In this document: one piece after another, positions 60,807 through 64,000 of the stretch
Layout: each line of letters begins with the position of its first letter
Numbering within the stretch: position 1 is the first letter of the stretch
Assembly: GCA_963813155.1 (NCBI GenBank)
Contig: CAWEYG010000003.1
Location: 448,001-512,000, forward strand
Source of the DNA: an uncultured Acidobacteriota bacterium
GTDB taxonomy: Bacteria; Acidobacteriota; Thermoanaerobaculia; UBA5066; DATFVB01
Length of the DNA: 64,000 nucleotides
Direction of reading: 5' to 3'
The notes under the pieces: generated by a model
What the model was told of the DNA's origin: nothing
Database searches by the model: none
What the model saw: the letters and a program-made list of their open reading frames with translations, nothing else
Made by a program: the position numbers and the translations under genes

Positions 60807-63800
60807 GTGATCAACCGGGTCGTTTCTTCGGCCCTGCGGCAGCCCTTCCTGGTAGTCCTCCTCGCGGTCATGCTCGTCGGAGCAGGCATCTGGTCCTTCT
60901 CGCGGCTTCCGGTCGACGCCTACCCCGACCTTTCGCCGCCGATGGTCGAGATCGTCACACAGTGGCCGGGCAAGGCCGCCGAAGAGGTCGAGCGGCTCAT
61001 CACGGTTCCGGTCGAGGTGGAGATGAACGGGATACCTCGGATGACGGCCATTCGCTCCATCTCGCTCTACGGCCTCTCCGACGTCCGGCTCACGTTCGAG
61101 GACCGCACCGACAGCTATTTTGCCCGCCAGCGGGTGTTCGAACGAATCCCGGATCTCGCGCTGCCGGACGGAGTGGCTCCTTCCGTCGCTCCGCTCTTCT
61201 CCCCTTCCGGACTCATCTATCGGTACGTGCTCGACAGTCCGGACCGCTCTCCGATGGAGCTCAAGACGATCGAAGACTGGATCGTCGAACGCCAATTCAA
61301 ATCGGTACCCGGCGTGGCGGACGATTCCGGGTTCGGTGGCCAGACGATGCAGTACCAGGTGGTACTGGACCCAGCGAAAATCGCCGGCGCCGGCCTCTCC
61401 GTTCCCGCGGTCGTCGCGGCCCTCGCCGCGAATAATGGGAACGCCGGAGGCGGGTTTTACTCGCAGGGCGGCCAGTTCTATTACGTCCGCGGCCTCGGCC
61501 GACTTCAGACACCGGACGACATCGGCGACGTCGTGCTCACGGTTCACAACGGCGTGCCCGTGCTCGTCAAGGACGTCGCGCGCGTGGAGATCGGCCACGC
61601 GCCAAGGCTCGGCGAGTTCGGCTACGAGAAACGTGACGACGCCGTCGAAGGCGTGATGCTGATGCGCAAGGGGGAACAGGCGCAGGTCGTCTTGCGATCC
61701 ATTGAAGAGAAAACCAAAGAACTCAACCGCTCGATTCTTCCGAAAGACGTGAAAATCCATCCCTACTACGACAGAAGCGACCTGATCGCGCTCACGACGC
61801 GAACGGTCGAGGACAACCTGCTTCGGGGAATGGTTCTCGTCGTGATCATCCTGATCTTTTTTCTGTACGACATCCGCACGGGGATGGTCGTCGCGATCAC
61901 CATCCCGCTCGCGCTGCTTTTTTGCTTTCATCTGCCTCGACTTGCAGCACGTCCCCGCGAACCTCCTCTCGATCGGGGCGATCGACTTTGGAATCCTCGT
62001 CGATGGAGCGGTCGTGATGGTGGAGAACATCTACCGGCAGGTCGCACTTCGCGGGAACGCTCCATTTCGAATCCGTGAAGTGATCGCGGACGCGGCGGCG
62101 GAAGTGGACCGCCCCATCTTCTACGCCGTCGCGGTGATCGTCGCCGGCTTCCTTCCGATCTACGTGTTGTCCGGACCATCGGGGTTGCTCTTCAAGCCGA
62201 TGGCAGACACGATGATTTTCGCTTTGCTCGGCGCCCTGGTGCTGACCCTCACGCTGATTCCCGTTCTCTGCTCCTGGGCGCTTCGCAAAGGCGTTCGCGA
62301 GCGCCAGAATCGCCCGTTCGAATGGGTCAAAGGCATGTATGCCCGGGGACTCGACGGGTGTCTCGCCCATCCCTGGGCGACGACGGGGTTATCGGCCGCG
62401 ATCCTCGGGAGTCTCCCTTCTGTCTGATTCCCGCGATCGGAGCCGAGTTCATGCCCCACCTCGACGAAGGGGCGATCTGGGTCCGCGCGACCATGCCCTA
62501 CACGATCTCCTTCGAAGAGGCGGCCAAGGTCTCGCCTCAGGTCCGCGACATCCTTCGCTCGTTCCCTCAGGTCACCGTGGTCGCATCCGAGCTCGGCCGG
62601 CCGGACGACGGCACCGATCCGACCGGGTTTCTTCAACGACGAGTTCTACGTCGGCTTGAAGCCTTATCGTGAATGGACGGGGCCCTACCGGACGAAACAG
62701 CAGTTGATCGCGGCAATCGACAAGAAGCTGAAGGTTTTCCCGGGAATCATCTTCAACTATACGCAACCCGCCGAGGACGCCGTCGACGAGGCGGAGACCG
62801 GACTGAAGAGCGCGCTCGCAGTGAAGGTCTTCGGCCCCGATCTCTCCACTCTGGAATCGAAAGGGAAAGAGATCAAACGGGTGTTGGAGGGCGTCCACGG
62901 TATCGGCGGGCTCAGCCTCGTGCAGGAGCTCGGCCAGCCCAGCCTGACCGTGACGATCGATCGCGGCCAAATCGCCCGCTACGGCGTGAACGTCGCCGAC
63001 GTCAACGGCCTGATCGAGGCCGCAGTCGGCGGAACGGTGGCCACGCAGGTCGTTCAGGGGGAAGAGCTGTTCGACCTGGTGGTCCGCCTCGAGCCGAGGT
63101 TCCGGGAGAGCGCCGACGAGATCGGAAACATCCTGGTCGCGACACCGGGCGGTGCGCAGATCCCGCTCAAAGAGCTCGCGGACATCCGGATCGTCAACGG
63201 CGCCTCGTTCATCTATCGCGAGGACAACTCGCGCTACATCGGAGTCCAGTATTCCGTCGCCGGCCGGGACCTCGCCGGAGCGGTCGAGGATGCTCAACGA
63301 CAGATCGCGGCGAAGGTCAGGCTGCCCGAAGGCTACCGGATCGTCTGGGGGGGTGAATACAAGGAATACACCTCGTCGCGACGACAACTCAGGTTCGTCC
63401 TCCCGCTGACGCTGTTCCTCATCTTTCTGCTCCTTTTCGCCCTGTACAGCAACTTCAAGTTCCCCGTGATCACGGTGTCGCGGTCATCCTGTCCTCGCCG
63501 GTCGGCGGGCTCGTCGGCCCTATGGATCACCGGAACGCCGTTCTCCGTCTCCTCCGGAATCGGGTTTCTCGCGCTCTTCGGGGTCTCGGTGCAGACCGCC
63601 GTCATCTACATCTCGTATGCGAACGAGCTGCGGCGCGATTCCGGGCTGGGTATTCGCGAAGCAACGAGGGAGGCGGCGCTCCTCCGGCTGCGGCCGATCA
63701 TGATGACGGCCCTCGTGGCGGCCTTCGGATTGCTTCCGGCCGCTCTTTCAACAGGCATCGGCTCCGACTCCCAGCGACCGTTTGCCCTCGTCATTGTCGG

Positions 63801-63891
63801 CGGTCTCTTTTCCCGGCTTCTGATCAGCGTCTTCCTGATGCCCGCCCTCTATTCGATCGTCGCCCGGCCGGGAGACCGGCTCGAGGTCTGA
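60807..63891 (+). CDS. CzcA/CusA family heavy-metal RND transporter; several frameshifts
   Basis: LPVDAYPDL, EVERLITVPVE, SIGAIDFGILVDGAVVMVEN, EFMPHLDEG, RLRPIMMTALVA, QRPFALVIVGG. Confidence 0.92.
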
Positions 63892-63900
63892 GCGCGCCCG

Positions 63901-64000
63901 TCAGGCGGACGGATCCGGCGCGCCGTCTCTCCGGGTCGCGTGCATCTGGCGAAGGCGCGTCCGCAGGGTGAGGACCTGCACCTGCAGCAGGCGGCCCCTT
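63901..64000 (-). CDS. 3' end of an unidentified convergent gene
   Basis: Open frame RGRLLQVQVLTLRTRLRQ...PSA* ending at TGA 63901. Confidence 0.3.
   Translation of the reverse strand, partial: RGRLLQVQVLTLRTRLRQMHATRRDGAPDPSA

Overview
High-GC bacterial chromosomal window. It is probably Acidobacteriota (Thermoanaerobaculia-like); this is inferred from the Oar-type TonB receptors, the kinase-propeller fusion and a characteristic ...DTxAF C-terminal domain. Many single-base frameshifts look like long-read consensus errors. Contents in order: lysS; a 2-oxoacid:ferredoxin oxidoreductase alpha/beta pair; a wHTH-FHA regulator / Ser-Thr kinase / TonB receptor operon divergent from a set of secreted proteins; a selenocysteine (UGA) Bcp-type peroxiredoxin with a SECIS-like hairpin; mobA; a cytochrome c; a GT2; a long minus-strand run (ribBA, TamA/BamA, TamB, nadK, tlyA, NitT/TauT ABC, CHASE3 kinase, MacAB-like, SDR, crcB); a 270-bp MITE; an uncharacterised radical-SAM / DUF2064 / AhpD-like / flavoprotein / metallophosphoesterase cluster; trxA; DUF547; a long-form GreA; and a ~20-kb metal-handling region (CDF, DUF4331, TPR, Ni/Co permeases, ECF sigma/anti-sigma, ZIP, DUF5666, TonB receptor, TolC-MFP-CzcA/CusA). 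The standout is a back-to-back pair of small exported CxxC proteins ending in RGPP and RPPP (DUF2946/CruR/CutF-like arrest leaders). The 3' end of each can base-pair with the Shine-Dalgarno of the next gene, one a TonB importer and the other an RND exporter. This is a candidate two-way, ribosome-stalling metal switch.
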